The position numbers were made by a program, and so were the translations under genes. Below, piece by piece: positions 12,107 to 25,139 of a DNA stretch of 64,000 nt (the stretch's first letter is position 1; the number at the start of each line of letters is the position of its first letter). A model generated the notes under the pieces. It was not told the DNA's origin and ran no database searches. It saw only the letters and a list, made by a program, of their open reading frames with translations. The stretch comes from Octopus vulgaris (Eukaryota): NCBI GenBank assembly GCA_951406725.2, contig OX597828.1, positions 27,280,001-27,344,000 on the forward strand, read 5' to 3'.

Positions 12107-14079
12107 CGGATAGACTTTTCTTGGCGCCGTCTCTAATACAATTGAAGGATTGAGACTCAACACTGCAAACTCATGAAACATTTATTAAACCACTGACTGA
12201 ACAATGTCTCTTCTTATAACGTTTCAGATATGTACTCTCCTCATGATAAGCCAACATGAGAGGCAACAGAGTTAATGAAGAAGGACTGTGCACGTGCTTC
12301 GTCTGGGAGAACCTACTTTAAATAGGAGCCAGATCTCCCTCAAATCATATCCTACAAACTTATATAGGAGCATATTGAATGCAGTTTGATGCAGTCGGTT
12401 TACCAGCTTCTGTCATATCACCCAACCCATGCCAACATAGAAAATTGATGTTAAATAGGGGTGATGCTGGTGATTATGGATAATGTAATTGTATTTACTC
12501 TAAGGGGAGAAAACAAAAGCAAAAAGCCCACACAATGGTCATGGCTGGAACATCTTTGATCATACTAGGTCTGTTATGAGGATTAAATTAGCCTCAGTCA
12601 GGCCAGACCTGGTGCTAAAATGCAACAAGAAGAACAACACTGGAAACAACTCTTTCATGGCAGATATTTTGTTAGGAGCTAGACTGACAGTTCTATGAAA
12701 GAATGCCACAAGATACAAAAACTTAACCCTTCACCTATTAAGCTTTCCTTCTATTTTTCTTGGCCAGTAACAATTCCAATTTACAAATACAAACTATTAA
12801 TCTTTCTGTGTTACCATTTGCGGTTTGTTTTTTCGTGGTTTTTTTTTTTTTTTTCAGATTTTAATCTTTCAAACTTTTGAGATTTGTCCAATATCTTTTG
12901 GCTTATGAACACTAAAGCTAAATCATTAATTTGTGAGACATTCCTGTAGTATTGCAGATTCATATGGCTTTTATATTGAATAACAGTGGTTCTTATATAA
13001 AAAGTGGTTTTGTAATTGAATACTTTGATCAAGTGTATGGTTAAAATCTGGCATTTACATCTCTTGTTTGCTTTCTTGGTATACTGTCTGTGTTAATTAA
13101 GCTAGTTGTTCTCATGCTTATGCAGTCAGTACCTTGGCAGAAAACCCCCCTCAACATTGGGACAATATGTGATAATGTGGTGTCAGTACATCAGAGCATC
13201 TGTTTCTCTACATGAAATGAGACAATTGGGTGCAGCACTTTCGATGCTGCCAATTTGGCATAAATGACTGGACATACTGTACTTTCTGGCATACAAGTTG
13301 AATTTTTCGGACCAAAATTTACAGCCAAAAATAAAAGTTGGTTGACTTTTATACCAAAAATTCCATGTGAAATGTAGTAGGATTTGGAAAGACAGTGATG
13401 ATGTTTGAATGTTTACACTACATTTGCACTTTATACGACATTGACTTTTATGCTGAAAAATACTGTAGAACCTGTTTTTGGCGACAGTACTTTTTGGCAC
13501 TGAAGGGAAACGTACTCACACACACACACATACAGAAATATACTGAGAGAGAGAAAAAGAAACATTACAATTTATTAATTGTGCAGTTATAGCATAAACA
13601 CTTTTCCTTTCTTCACATGCATAATGAGAAATCTGCTTACATACATCAACAGAGAGAGAGGAGGGAGGGAGAGAATAAGAGAGACATTAAAATGTCTCAA
13701 GTCAAATAAGTCAGCATCGACTCAACAATGCTAACTAAGCAGCACCAAATCACCCGTGCCAAAATGTCTTTTATTCCTATCGAGACATTGAAGCATGGAG
13801 GGAACTTCCACTTGATGGATTAGCATCTATATTTTCTCAAGAACCATCCAAAGCATTAGTTGATGTACAAAATGACTTGAAGAAGTTGTTGTCATAGCTG
13901 GAATACTTTTTCATAAAGGCTCTGCTCAATCAGATGTAACCTGATGTTAAACAACAACAATAATAAGAGATTCTGTAACTGCATCGAGAGAACGAAAGAT
14001 GGTATCTTCTTGGCTGGAACATCGGTCTATTGCAGACAACACTCTTGTGATTAATTTATTTGTTTCCTGTTTTTGACAG

Positions 14080-14168
14080 ATAACGTACTTAAAGAAACGC
14101 AGTCCGAACTAACTGTCCAACACCAAACACATTATGTGTACTCACAAGACGGCAGTTCAATAGATTAA
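14080..14168 (+). CDS. Candidate terminal coding exon, (D)NVLKETQSELTVQHQTHYVYSQDGSSID*
   Basis: Strong acceptor tttgtttcctgtttttgacag, then 29 codons to TAA in unique sequence; no homology recognised. Confidence 0.3.
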
Positions 14169-14621
14169 TCGAATCAGTCACTTAATTTAGTTGTAGAAAT
14201 GGCTGACTATCAGTTGAAATGCCTTACGGTGTATATCCTAAGTTTGGTGTTAACTTCTCAACATTGAGTGACCACGGCTCTTGGACAACAAACTTGTGAT
14301 TAGAATGTCACAGAAAAGAACTGCAAAATAGATTCTTCGAGCTGAACCAAGTAATGGGAGCCTTAGACCAAGAATGGCATGGTTGGATATTTCCATAGTC
14401 TCAGTGAGTCATGCCTGAGGGTCCAGCAGGAAAGGAAGTATAATGATGGTTGCTTCTGATTAGGCCCTAAGGAGGCAGTGTCTGAGGACTTCCCCTCCTA
14501 TGGCTTTCCTTAGAATAGTTGGCAGATAAAATGGAGGGATGAATGGATATTAACACATTTAATCTGCTGAACCAGTATATTTTAACTAAGAGAAAATGAA
14601 GTGTCCAAGTGACATTACCGT

Positions 14622-14785
14622 GGCATCTCTGGACATGTTTCAGTCCTATTAAACCTCACCAGCTAACCATTAATTCCAGATTTTAAAATGACTAAGAGAA
14701 AAGTAATGAAGGATTTTAGTGAAAGGACACCGAGTGGTGTAACAACTTGAAATTAAACAAGTAAAGGAAAATGTCCAGAGATACC
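14622..14785 (-). mobile_element. Old foldback repeat with a decayed HHR motif
   Basis: Minus CTGGTGA-GGTT..GACT-GAAAC-AT-GTC-CAG at 14628-14666; inverted partial copy atgtccagagat at 14771-14782. Confidence 0.45.
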
Positions 14786-14882
14786 TGCTGCATGTAGAAC
14801 ATACAGTAAAGTGGGTTCTAACATATTTAAAATAGAAAGCCAATACCTTTTAATTTATTCAAATTAAAATTATATCATTACA

Positions 14883-15135
14883 GTGAGGAGAAATAACCAT
14901 TAATTTAGAGGTTAATTCTGGTCAAGAAATAGTGGCGAGACAATCCTGTTATAACTAAAATCAATTTAAGATAAAATGTAATCAGTACAGTAAGGAGTAA
15001 GCCTGGTCTTTGTACTCCCTACTGCATTTCCCATGAACTATCTTTAATCAATTTTAATGAAATAAAATTCTGAAATTGTCTCCTCTGTATTTCTTGACCA
15101 CAATTAATCATTAAACTATTTGTTTTTCTCCTCAC
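14883..15135. repeat. Degenerate 250-bp palindromic (foldback) element
   Basis: Nested inverted blocks gtgaggagaaa/tttctcctcac, tggtcaagaaata/tatttcttgacca, gagacaat/attgtctc, cagtaaggagta/tactccctactg. Confidence 0.7.
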
Positions 15136-16069
15136 CACAAGTGTATTCTTAAGTTATTAATATTTCTCAGCTTACTCCTGAATATGTTAGTAATGAACTT
15201 ACCTTTTAGTTTTCTTGCACAGAAAGTACCCTAGTTTTTTTCTAGTCTTGACAGTATTTAGTTTTACCTGTCTGAGCAAAGCTGTGAGCTGGAAGAATCA
15301 TTAACCCAGCAGACAAACTGCTTACCTGCATCCCTTCCAACTCGTTAATCCTAATCTTCAAGATCAATTACAATAAAGTACTGGTCACTTATCAGGCAAT
15401 GAGACCAGGTACCCAGCTTATGAGTTCTGGGGCTCACGAAAAATAAAATCAAATAAAAACATCATTTTTATTCATAGCCACTTAGGGCTGGTTGACTTTC
15501 ATCTCTTCAGACTCAATTAAAAAAAAAACTTCCTGTTCCAAATTGAGAAATCACTATTTTAGTAGTTGTCTTAGTTTGCCTTTTCTGGTTTTGACAATGA
15601 CTTGTCTGTGATGGCTGATGAATGACTTGTCTGTTCCATAATCAATTCAGTACAGACAGGCTTCTTCTGCCAGATGGACGTCTGCCACATCTGCCAGGAA
15701 TTTTCACCTGTTTCAACTGTTTCTATGATATAACAAGCCAAAAGGATAAGGCCCTTTGTAGCTGTTCAACCTGTTTGAAATAGGACCTAAATCTCCCTCA
15801 AATCAATGATTAAAAAAAAAAAAACGCAGAATAGTAATGATCGGAACAACTTTGGTCATAGACCCAAATGATCCCTTGGGTCCTCTTTAGTGAAGTCCAC
15901 TCTGTTGTAAGCATTGAAGCCAGGTCTCCAGTTAGAAGCCATCTTTCTCCCTCCTCCCCACAGTGTTGGAAGCCTTGGACAATACTCATGGGTTCTGCCC
16001 TTTTAACTGACTAAAAGATTAAAGAAAAAAGGGCTTTTTAATGTAATTTATTTTGACCTATTTTGACCC

Positions 16070-16452
16070 ATGGCTATTTGGTCAAGAAATTTGTTTCATA
16101 ACCACATGGTTTTGAGTTCAATCCTACCATGTGGCACCTTGGGTAAGTGTCTTCTTCTATAACTCCAAGCCAGTCAATGATTTGTGAGTGAATTTTGTTA
16201 ATGAAAACTGTGTTGAAGCCCATCATATTAAAATGTGTATGTGTGTGTGTGTGTGTGTCTGTTTGCCCCACCACTTAACAACTAGCATTGGTTTGTTTAT
16301 GTTCCCATAACTTAGCAGTTGAGCAAAAGAGACTAACAGCAGAAGTACTTGACTTAAAAATAAATGCTGGGGTTAATTTGTTTGGCTAAAATCTATCAAG
16401 GCAGTGCTCCAGCATGGCTGCAGCCCAGTGACTAATGCAGGGAAATTATAAA
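16070..16452 (+). mobile_element. SINE family A, diverged full-length copy
   Basis: Head, ggcaccttgggtaagtgtctt core, (TG)n middle and tail are colinear with 46273-46676. Confidence 0.8.
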
Positions 16453-17484
16453 AGGTAACAATGATCTGTGAAGTGTGTGGCCTAGTAGTTAGAGTGTTAA
16501 TTTCTGGAGGATAAGTACATCAGTTCAATACCTGCACAGAGCAGCAGGTTGTGTCTTTGAACCAAGTACTTCATTTCACATTGGTCCATTCAATGAAGCT
16601 GAACATCAGTACCAGCTGACTACTGAGGCAGCCTTCTCTCCTCTCAAATTTAACATCATTGATGTTTGGCTGGGTTGTCTACTCTCAACTTCATAGGTAC
16701 CTAAAAACCAATAAACAAAAGCATTAGTACTTACTATCAAGTCATAGTCACCAGCGAGATATGGTTTCAATTATACAGCATTGAAATCTCTTCTCTAGTG
16801 AATCTGTGTTGTGTTGTTTGTTAAACTGCCATGTTATAAGTTTTAAACACTAGGTCAACCAGCTCAACACAGAAACCATGTTGGTAATTGGAAGATAAAC
16901 AGAACATGCCTGATTTTAACTATAATTTGCTTAGTTTTGTGATTTGACTGCAATCCAATTCTTTTAAAAAATCTATTTGTTTCACATAAATATTCAGTTT
17001 TGTAAATTAGAAATAAATTTTTAAAAAGTCCTTTTCCATGTTGGCATACAAGTAAATAAATATTAAACAGTTGTAAAATAAATTTTATAAAAAAAAAAGA
17101 AAATATTAAAAAAAAAAAAACCAACATGCTTTACTATAATTTTGTTGGTATCAAACCCAATAGTTATAACAAGAAGAATATTTTTCACATGAATCTAAAA
17201 TTTACTGCATTTTTATTTGTTTCTCTCTCGCTATCCTTCTTCATGGACTTGATATTCTTTATATAACTAAAAATATTGCCTCGCTATAGGCTCATTTTCT
17301 TTCCAGTTGTCTGTTAATAAAGAAGACCAAAAAAAAATATTAAAAATTCAGAGCAAAATATGATACAGATGAAATATAAATAATTGATTTTTAGGTTGAA
17401 ATTTACTTCAAAAAAATTCATAGTTTATCAAATTCTTCAATTTATGCAAACTAAAAGAACAAAATGAGGAATATTTAAAGATGT

Positions 17485-17529
<45 letters not shown>

Positions 17530-20500
17530 TTCTTTCTAGTTTTTTTACATTTTTTGTTGAATCAGTTGTTTTTATTTTATTTTATTTTATTTTTTTTTTA
17601 TTTTTTTTTTCCTTTTAAATTCCAAGTTTGTAAGATTAAGAACTAATCTTAAAACAATACTGATGCTCATGCTGTTTCTGTTATTTAATTCAAATAGTCA
17701 GTCTTTTTAACTACAGCAAATTTAAAGAATTGAGCTGATGGAAGTTGCCCAAAAAACAAACCAATGTCGTACACGTTCTTTTAGGATTAAGTTTCAGTTT
17801 TAAATTACTAAAAGAAAAATAAATAAAATAAAATGTAGTAAATGAATGAATAAACATGTAAAAAAAAAAAATGTTCGACTGATGTTTATTAGAACTTCTT
17901 CATGATGGTATCTGGTTACACATGTCTCCAGTTGAAGCTAAATGTATGATGAGATCTCGTATAATTGCAGATACCGTGTAAAATTTATTTTAATATGAAA
18001 CTTCTATTTTAGTATGTCTGTATTCTATAATTAAAACCCAAATCAAAATAGCAAAAAAAGAATTTTGTCAGCAAACTAAGAATCATTGTTATCTAGTTGT
18101 ATATTCATATATACCAATATATATAGTTTATAAAGAGAAATCATTGCTTTTATCATCATCATCATTGATTTCATTCTACCTTTATACAACTGTATAAGCT
18201 AGACAGACCTACATAATACTTTTTCTTCCATCTAACTCTGTCCTTTGTCTTTTTCTTCTGAGCAGTCTTCTATTTCGAAGATCTGATTCTATTGCACCGA
18301 ACTTGATCTGATCTGATCTTCCCATTTATACCTTTCCCCTCTGCGCCTAGTTTTTAGCAGTTTTTTTTTTTCCTCTGGTGCACATCAAAACTTTTCTTTT
18401 TATATAAATTAAGATTCATGGTTGAGAACAAATATGCTAGTTTCTTTAAAATCTAATTTTAATCTACCGAATTTATATTCTGTGATAAGAAAGAAGTAAT
18501 TTGAAATTACTATTCGTTAGAGAAATAATTATATTGTTGTTAACCTGGATTTGAAAAGACATGAGACTTTTTCAGATTTATTTCCTTCATTAAACGAAAA
18601 ACTCGAAATGTAAAACGTGTGTTGTATGTCTCTCACAGAAAATGACTGCGAATATTATTCTGAGATGAATTCAATGTAAATCTTGCTGCCGTTTAGCTGA
18701 AATAATGGTAGAGGCTGGGATACGTTTGTTTGTGTAGAGGCGAGATGTCACACATTACTTGAAAGATTATGAGGAAGTGAGTAACTAGTCTTGTGTTATG
18801 GACTTATTTGAAAATGGAAATTCATTCTCTTATCAACAGAAATAAGATTGTAGGTCTTTAGTTGAAAAAGACTGTGAGAAAAAAAAGAGAAAAAGAGAGA
18901 GAGAAAGATTTGATTGCTTCTTGAAAAGGTGTAATAACATGAGAGGTCTTCGTGTTGATCTGAAAGGGGTATTGAAGGAAAGAATTCTTTGTTGGGCAAT
19001 AAATACAAGTAGAAAGCAATCTTCGAAAGTTTGTGTCATGCTGACTTCATCGTATTCAGTTAGTTTGTGTTAAAATTCAACTGATATTGATTCAAGACAA
19101 TGTCTACCACATCTCCTGGAGGTAATCTGCTTCGATGTTTGGATAATTTTAAGTTTTATTCATAAAGATTTCAGTTTTGAAAGGAAGCTTTAACTTAAAC
19201 TTCGCAAATTAGATTAGTCATCATTAAGCAATAATTTTAATTTGAAATTAAATTATAAGACATCTTCTGCCTCAGAATCGAAATGGGGAATTATATCTAC
19301 TATCAGCCAGTATTGTCTTTAGTTTAGTTACCACTGTTAGCATTTATTAGATTGGAATGGTGAAGTCATAGACATCTTAGCAATGTCTGCAGTACTTCCT
19401 AGATCAGCAGCTGCCCAAATGATATGGGAATATAATCTCTATCTATTTAAATAATTTAGTCTCTGTACGGGTTTTCATACACACAATTCAAGAATTTGAT
19501 AGATTTATTACTAATAAAGAATGTACTTTAGCATTTATAAAAATTTCCAACTCTTTGGTTTCTCTGATTCAAAATCATATTTTGCTTGACACTACATTTC
19601 ATCATCATCATCATCGTCATCATCATCATCACCATCATCATCATCGTCATCATCATTGTCATCTTCATCACCATCAGTATCATGCCATCATCATCATCAT
19701 CATTACCATTTTAATGTCCACTTTTCCATGCTTACATAGGTCAGATGGAATTTGTTGAGGCAGATTTTTACCATCGGGATGCTCCTCCAGTCACCAATCC
19801 TCACTTGGCTATTTAAGTCCCTGTGCAGCAGACACCCAGGGCACTTTTTCCTTTTGAATTTATAATGCTACTCTGTGTCAGTTCAGAGAAATCCTATGTA
19901 TTTCTGTATTCCCCTAAACTCAGACAGTGATAGGTTGATTAGAGGCCTAGATCTGATCTGGATTTGTTCTGAGGGCTGGATCAGGGCAGCAGCAGTGTTT
20001 AATCCAGCCCCTTGCTCACCCAACAAAATTTGTGACGAACATTAGTCTCATTGAATCAAATCAGAGAACCACAGGAGAATATTTGTTATTTTAATCTGTG
20101 AAAAACTCGACAAAAGAGACTGAAAAGATTAATACCAATCTTTAAAAAAACATAAGTAATGGGGTTAATTCATTTGATTAAAAATGTTTCAAGTCGATGC
20201 CACAGCAAGAAGCACATCAGATGGATTCTCATTGGAATCCAAAAGGATTGGTCTTCTCACATACCGTGTTACATTGATTCAACCTGAGAATTATGTTATG
20301 GGTACAAACGTCTGTGGAGTACTCAACCAGTTACATGTTAATTCAGGAACAACTGAATATGCATTGTTGAACAATGAAAATTTATCACCACCACCATGCA
20401 AACATGCATATATATATATATATATATATTTAAGTAGTTGAATGAATTATCTTAGTATGGATAATTCGGTTAACCGATACCTGGGTAGCAAATTCACGTC

Positions 20501-20582
20501 AGAAAAACACGGTTGAAGCTACATGCCAAGGGCAGAGATCACATGCTTTCGTGTGGAAATTTGTGTGTTTTTTTAATAATAC

Positions 20583-20715
20583 AAATAAATGAAAGAATGG
20601 AGTTGAACGACGATTTAACAAAATTCCTTTATTCTCGACATATGTTTCGAGGCCTTCGAAACATATGTCGAGAATAAAGGAATTTTGTTAAATCGTTGTT
20701 CAACTCCATTCTTTC

Positions 20716-20723
<8 letters not shown>
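20583..20723. repeat. Near-perfect 68-bp-arm hairpin made of two inverted HHR 3' halves
   Basis: Arms 20583-20650 and 20656-20723, 1 mismatch, loop ggcct; each arm reads CGAAAC-ATAT-GTC-GAGAATAAA outward. Confidence 0.9.
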
Positions 20724-20771
<48 letters not shown>

Positions 20772-20909
20772 TTTGATATTTTACTTGTGCATAGTGAGGC
20801 TTATAGCTGGGTGTAGAATTCAATATATGTATGGTCCAGAACACAATGTCAGATGACTATCGAGTAGCAATAGGAACAAAGAGGTGACACCAGAGGGGGG
20901 GGGGGCTAA

Positions 20910-21033
20910 GTTACTTAATGAACTCTATTAACTTACAGCTGTTTCTGCTATAAAATGTGGTGGACTCTTAGTTGAGTCCAGCATTCCTCTTATAGCAGAA
21001 ACGGCTGTTAGCTAGTGGAGTTCATTACATAAC
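20910..21033. repeat. Imperfect hairpin of two inverted HHR 3' halves
   Basis: cttacagctgtttctgctataa / ttatagcagaaacggctgttag arms (GAAAC-AGCT-GTA motif); inner tggactc/gagtcca hairpin. Confidence 0.75.
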
Positions 21034-21084
21034 ATTTCATTTTTTTCAGTTGTCATCTCTTTGTTCTTTTAATCAAAAATGGAA

Positions 21085-21373
21085 ATTGTAGTTGTGGCTG
21101 ATGTCAGTGTGGCCTGACTGGCTTCTGTGCCGGTGGCACATAAATAGCACCAACCAATCGTGGCCGTTGCCAGCCTCCCCTGGCACCTGTACCGGTGGCA
21201 TGTAAAAAGCACCCACTACACTCACGGAGTGGTTGGCGTTAGGAAGGGCATCCGGCTGTAGAAACACTGCCAGATCAGACTGGAGACTGGTGCAGCCTCC
21301 TGGCTTCCCAGACCCTGGTCAAACTGTCCAACCCATGCTAGCATGGAAAATGGACGTTAAGTGATGATGATGA
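21085..21373 (+). mobile_element. Family D retroposon with a duplicated internal module
   Basis: Two ccggtggca..taaa.agcacc modules followed by the standard tail and (tga)n. Confidence 0.8.
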
Positions 21374-21906
21374 TACACGCACACATATATTCATATTTGA
21401 TTTGAAGGTTTCTGTCTCATATCTGAAGTTGTGATGCATGCAAGGACACACAGTTCATTAATGCTTCTATTTGTCACCACCACCTTTCACCATCTCCATC
21501 TCCACCAGCATCTGCCTAGTGACAAAAATTATTCTTGCAATTTTTAAACCCCCTCAAAATAATAAATATAAAATAAAATAAAAAAAAAAATTAAAAAATA
21601 AGAAAGTGAGTTCGACATTTTAGGGAGCCTTTTTTTCTTTTTATTAGCTGTTGTTTCTCATTTATTATTTTCTTGTAGGTTGGTTTGGGGTAAGATGACA
21701 TGATGGTGGTGATGGCGATGGTGGTGGTGGTGTTGGGCTGGCAGTGGGGTGATGCTGATGGAGTTGTGGGGGTGGGGTGGGAGGGTGGTAGTGATAACAG
21801 GATTGGGGTGGGGGCAGGGGAGGTTTGGTTGGGTGGTGGCGGATGTTCTGGTTTCTTAATGCTATTGTAATCTGCCATAACAGATTGATACGTATCAGAA
21901 TCTTAC

Positions 21907-22274
21907 CTTTGTGTCAAAGCTTACAGAATTTCTTCTGTTGTTATATTTGCCATTATGACATTATATATAGAGCCGCGTATGTAAATTGTGTATAGCCCTA
22001 TATATGTGTACATACATGTGTGTGTGTGCATGTGTTAAGGATAGAGATGGGCAGGAGATAGAAACAGAGAATGAGAGAGAGAGAGGAAGATGTGTGTGGT
22101 GAGGAAGTGTTGCTGGTGTTATAGATATATATATATGTGTGTCATATATAGCCTGTCTTCTGTGTTGGTGACAAGTTGAAGCCGCTCTGCATAATACAAG
22201 ATCAAGCTGTACTGGATCTTAGTGCTGAGAACATGATCTCCAAAATCTGTTGTCAGCTGTCATGATATTTGAGC
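21907..22274 (-). other. Candidate non-coding (UTR or lncRNA) exon
   Basis: Minus acceptor cattttgcag at 22275 and consensus donor AAG/GTAAGA at 21906 bracket partly unique sequence; no long ORF. Confidence 0.25.
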
Positions 22275-22454
22275 CTGCAAAATGCAGCCACATAGAATTT
22301 AGCTGGGTGATGTTGGTGGTGGTGGTGGTGGTGATGGTGGTGGGGTACCTAATATAGCTGTGTGTGTGTGTAAATTTGTACTTGGAAAGAAAAAAAAAAT
22401 GTATGTATACATTCAGCTTGAATTGCAGTGTCAGTATCTATGTTTACTTGTAGG

Positions 22455-22456
22455 AA

Positions 22457-22537
<81 letters not shown>

Positions 22538-22552
22538 AGGTATATGTGTGTC

Positions 22553-22592
<40 letters not shown>

Positions 22593-22599
22593 AGGTATA

Positions 22600-22649
<50 letters not shown>

Positions 22650-22732
22650 TGTATGTGTATATATGTGTGGGTGTACATGTGTATGTGTGTATATAACTAG
22701 ATTTATATGTATATGTGTGTATCTATGTGGGA

Positions 22733-22791
<59 letters not shown>

Positions 22792-23039
22792 CATGTGTTT
22801 GTGTGTTCTTGTATAAAGTACTATTGTCATGTTCTTGCCTGTGGACATCCTACATCCACATCATGTGTGTGTGTGTGTTTAGGGAGCGAGAGAGTTGTGG
22901 GAGGAAAAAATATGCATATTAATATACATACATTTATGTTTCATATGCACATTTTACATACCATGAACAAGTGATATACATATATTAATACATTTACATC
23001 CTTACATGAAAAAGATTCTCTAATTTGATATATATATGT

Positions 23040-23080
<41 letters not shown>

Positions 23081-23171
23081 TCCTAGAAAACATGAGGTGA
23101 AAAGCTAGCATAAGAATCAATAAGATTACCATCTCTTCTTCTCGTTGTTATCATCATCATCATCATCATCA

Positions 23172-23215
<44 letters not shown>
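22455..23215. repeat. (TA)n/(TG)n/(ATT)n microsatellite blocks
   Basis: Seen directly. Confidence 0.9.
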
Positions 23216-23216
<1 letters not shown>

Positions 23217-24996
23217 GTCTTCAGTCTATGTTCTTCTATGTTTTTTAAGCTTTTTAATGCTATTCTTTTAACATCACTGACTTGAGCACAAGACAAGAAC
23301 ATGTTAACTCTTTTGCTTGGTTTTGCTCAGTCTCTCTATCATCTGTGTGTGTGTGTGTGTGTTTTCCAAGTATATAATGGCCTGCTTTGAGCCTGATGGC
23401 AGACATAATGCTTTTCATAAGACAGATATTGTGACAAGAACAATTACAACAACATCTATGTATGCTTCAAGAAACATGAGATATGAAGGACATGGAAAGC
23501 TACTACCACCCTGTCTACCAATGACATGGTGTCCAGCTTTGAAAACCATTCCAAAATGAAGAAATGATCAAATACAGTTTTGAGTGGAGGGGATACTTTG
23601 GTATTTTGCTGTTTCTGAAGGTAACCTCTTTAGTGGCAGTGGTATGATGAAAAGGTCTAGGTCTTCGGGAAAGAACAAACGGATATAACTTTCATTAAAA
23701 AGGGCAGACAAAGCTAATCCAGATAAATAATCTGGATTATTAATGGCTTGAGGGAGATGTGGATTTTACACGCTGCATCATAGGATAAGCATCTGAAAGT
23801 GCTATAACATTGACCGAGAAGTGATATGAATAGAGGACATTCTCATCCCTTTAACAAATGAAGGCTCAGCAAGACACAGCTAAAAAGAGTGACCATCAAC
23901 TTTTGGCCAAAGTTGAAGATTTTTGGCAGCATCCTCTGTCTGTCCCAGTCACCTCTTTCTGTATCAGTCTTGGATTCATGAAGATGCATGATGTTATTGG
24001 TACTGGTGTCGTGGTTTGCTGAACAACCTATGCAATGAATAATGTGACAATGGTTCGTGTAGAAGTATTCTCACTCTCTTGTCCCTCAAACTTGTGTTAG
24101 TCTTGTGCAGCAAGTACCTTCAGCCCAAGAGGTAACAAGATGCAAGACTTGTATGGAGTTGACTTCTTTTAGATGAGCAGCTAAAGGCCTCATCTGCCCT
24201 GGGTCTGCTGGCATGCTTTTCGGTGACCTTCTGGAGACAATTCCACAATATGCTGAATAACCCACTGCCATGACACCGACTAGTGCTCCTATCTATTCCA
24301 AGTCAGAGTAGACCCAGGAACAATAGTAGTTAAGTAATGGTTCCACATTGCTCAAAACTGTGGAACTTGCAAACCAGTGACCATTTGCAGTTTAGACTCA
24401 TATCCAAGACAGAAACTTAAAGAGTAAAAATACAAGTAGCTCTTTAGAGTAAGGAGGTTGTGTTTTAGTTTCACTCTCATGAGACTCTTTCTTGTGTTGA
24501 TAGCAGGATAACACAAACTCAATCAATTCTGCAATGCAGTGGATAAAAGGAAGCGTGTGAAAGGATAGAATGTATATGAAAATGGAATGTATGAGTGGGA
24601 CTTGAAGTCTGCATGCCATTTTGTAGGTTACCTGTCTAAGAGGATAGTGACTCCAAGAAAGAGACCCTTTGAGCTCACCTCATACAAGATAACCGCTCTA
24701 GTGCTATGATAATATCCATCCAGTCAACACTGTAAATCATAAACAATACAGAAGGTTGGTGTGTTTTTTTTTTTTCTGTTGTGTGTACATAAAGACTCCT
24801 TCAACCCATGCCAACATGGGAGAAAAAGTAGACATGAAATTATAATAACGATGGTAAAGATGGTGTGTGTGTCTGTGTGTTAGAAACTTTCTAACATTAT
24901 TTGTCAGTGCTTACATATTCAAATGTAACAGACACACAGACATGCACTCCTGCATATGTGTATATACATGTGTGCCTATATGTATGTGTGTGTGTG

Positions 24997-25045
<49 letters not shown>

Positions 25046-25055
25046 TTATATATGC

Positions 25056-25086
<31 letters not shown>

Positions 25087-25100
25087 CATGTATTTATATA

Positions 25101-25139
<39 letters not shown>

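Noticed and set aside
20583-20723. miRNA precursor interpretation of the hairpin
   Set aside because: Too long and too perfect; better explained as an inverted repeat of an HHR-bearing element
21591-21878. 95-aa proline/threonine-rich ORF
   Set aside because: Derived from G-rich low-complexity sequence; no recognisable domain
23370-24720. Higher-GC stretch as possible exons
   Set aside because: No sustained reading frame or recognisable peptide; probably a decayed retroelement, but unclassifiable by eye
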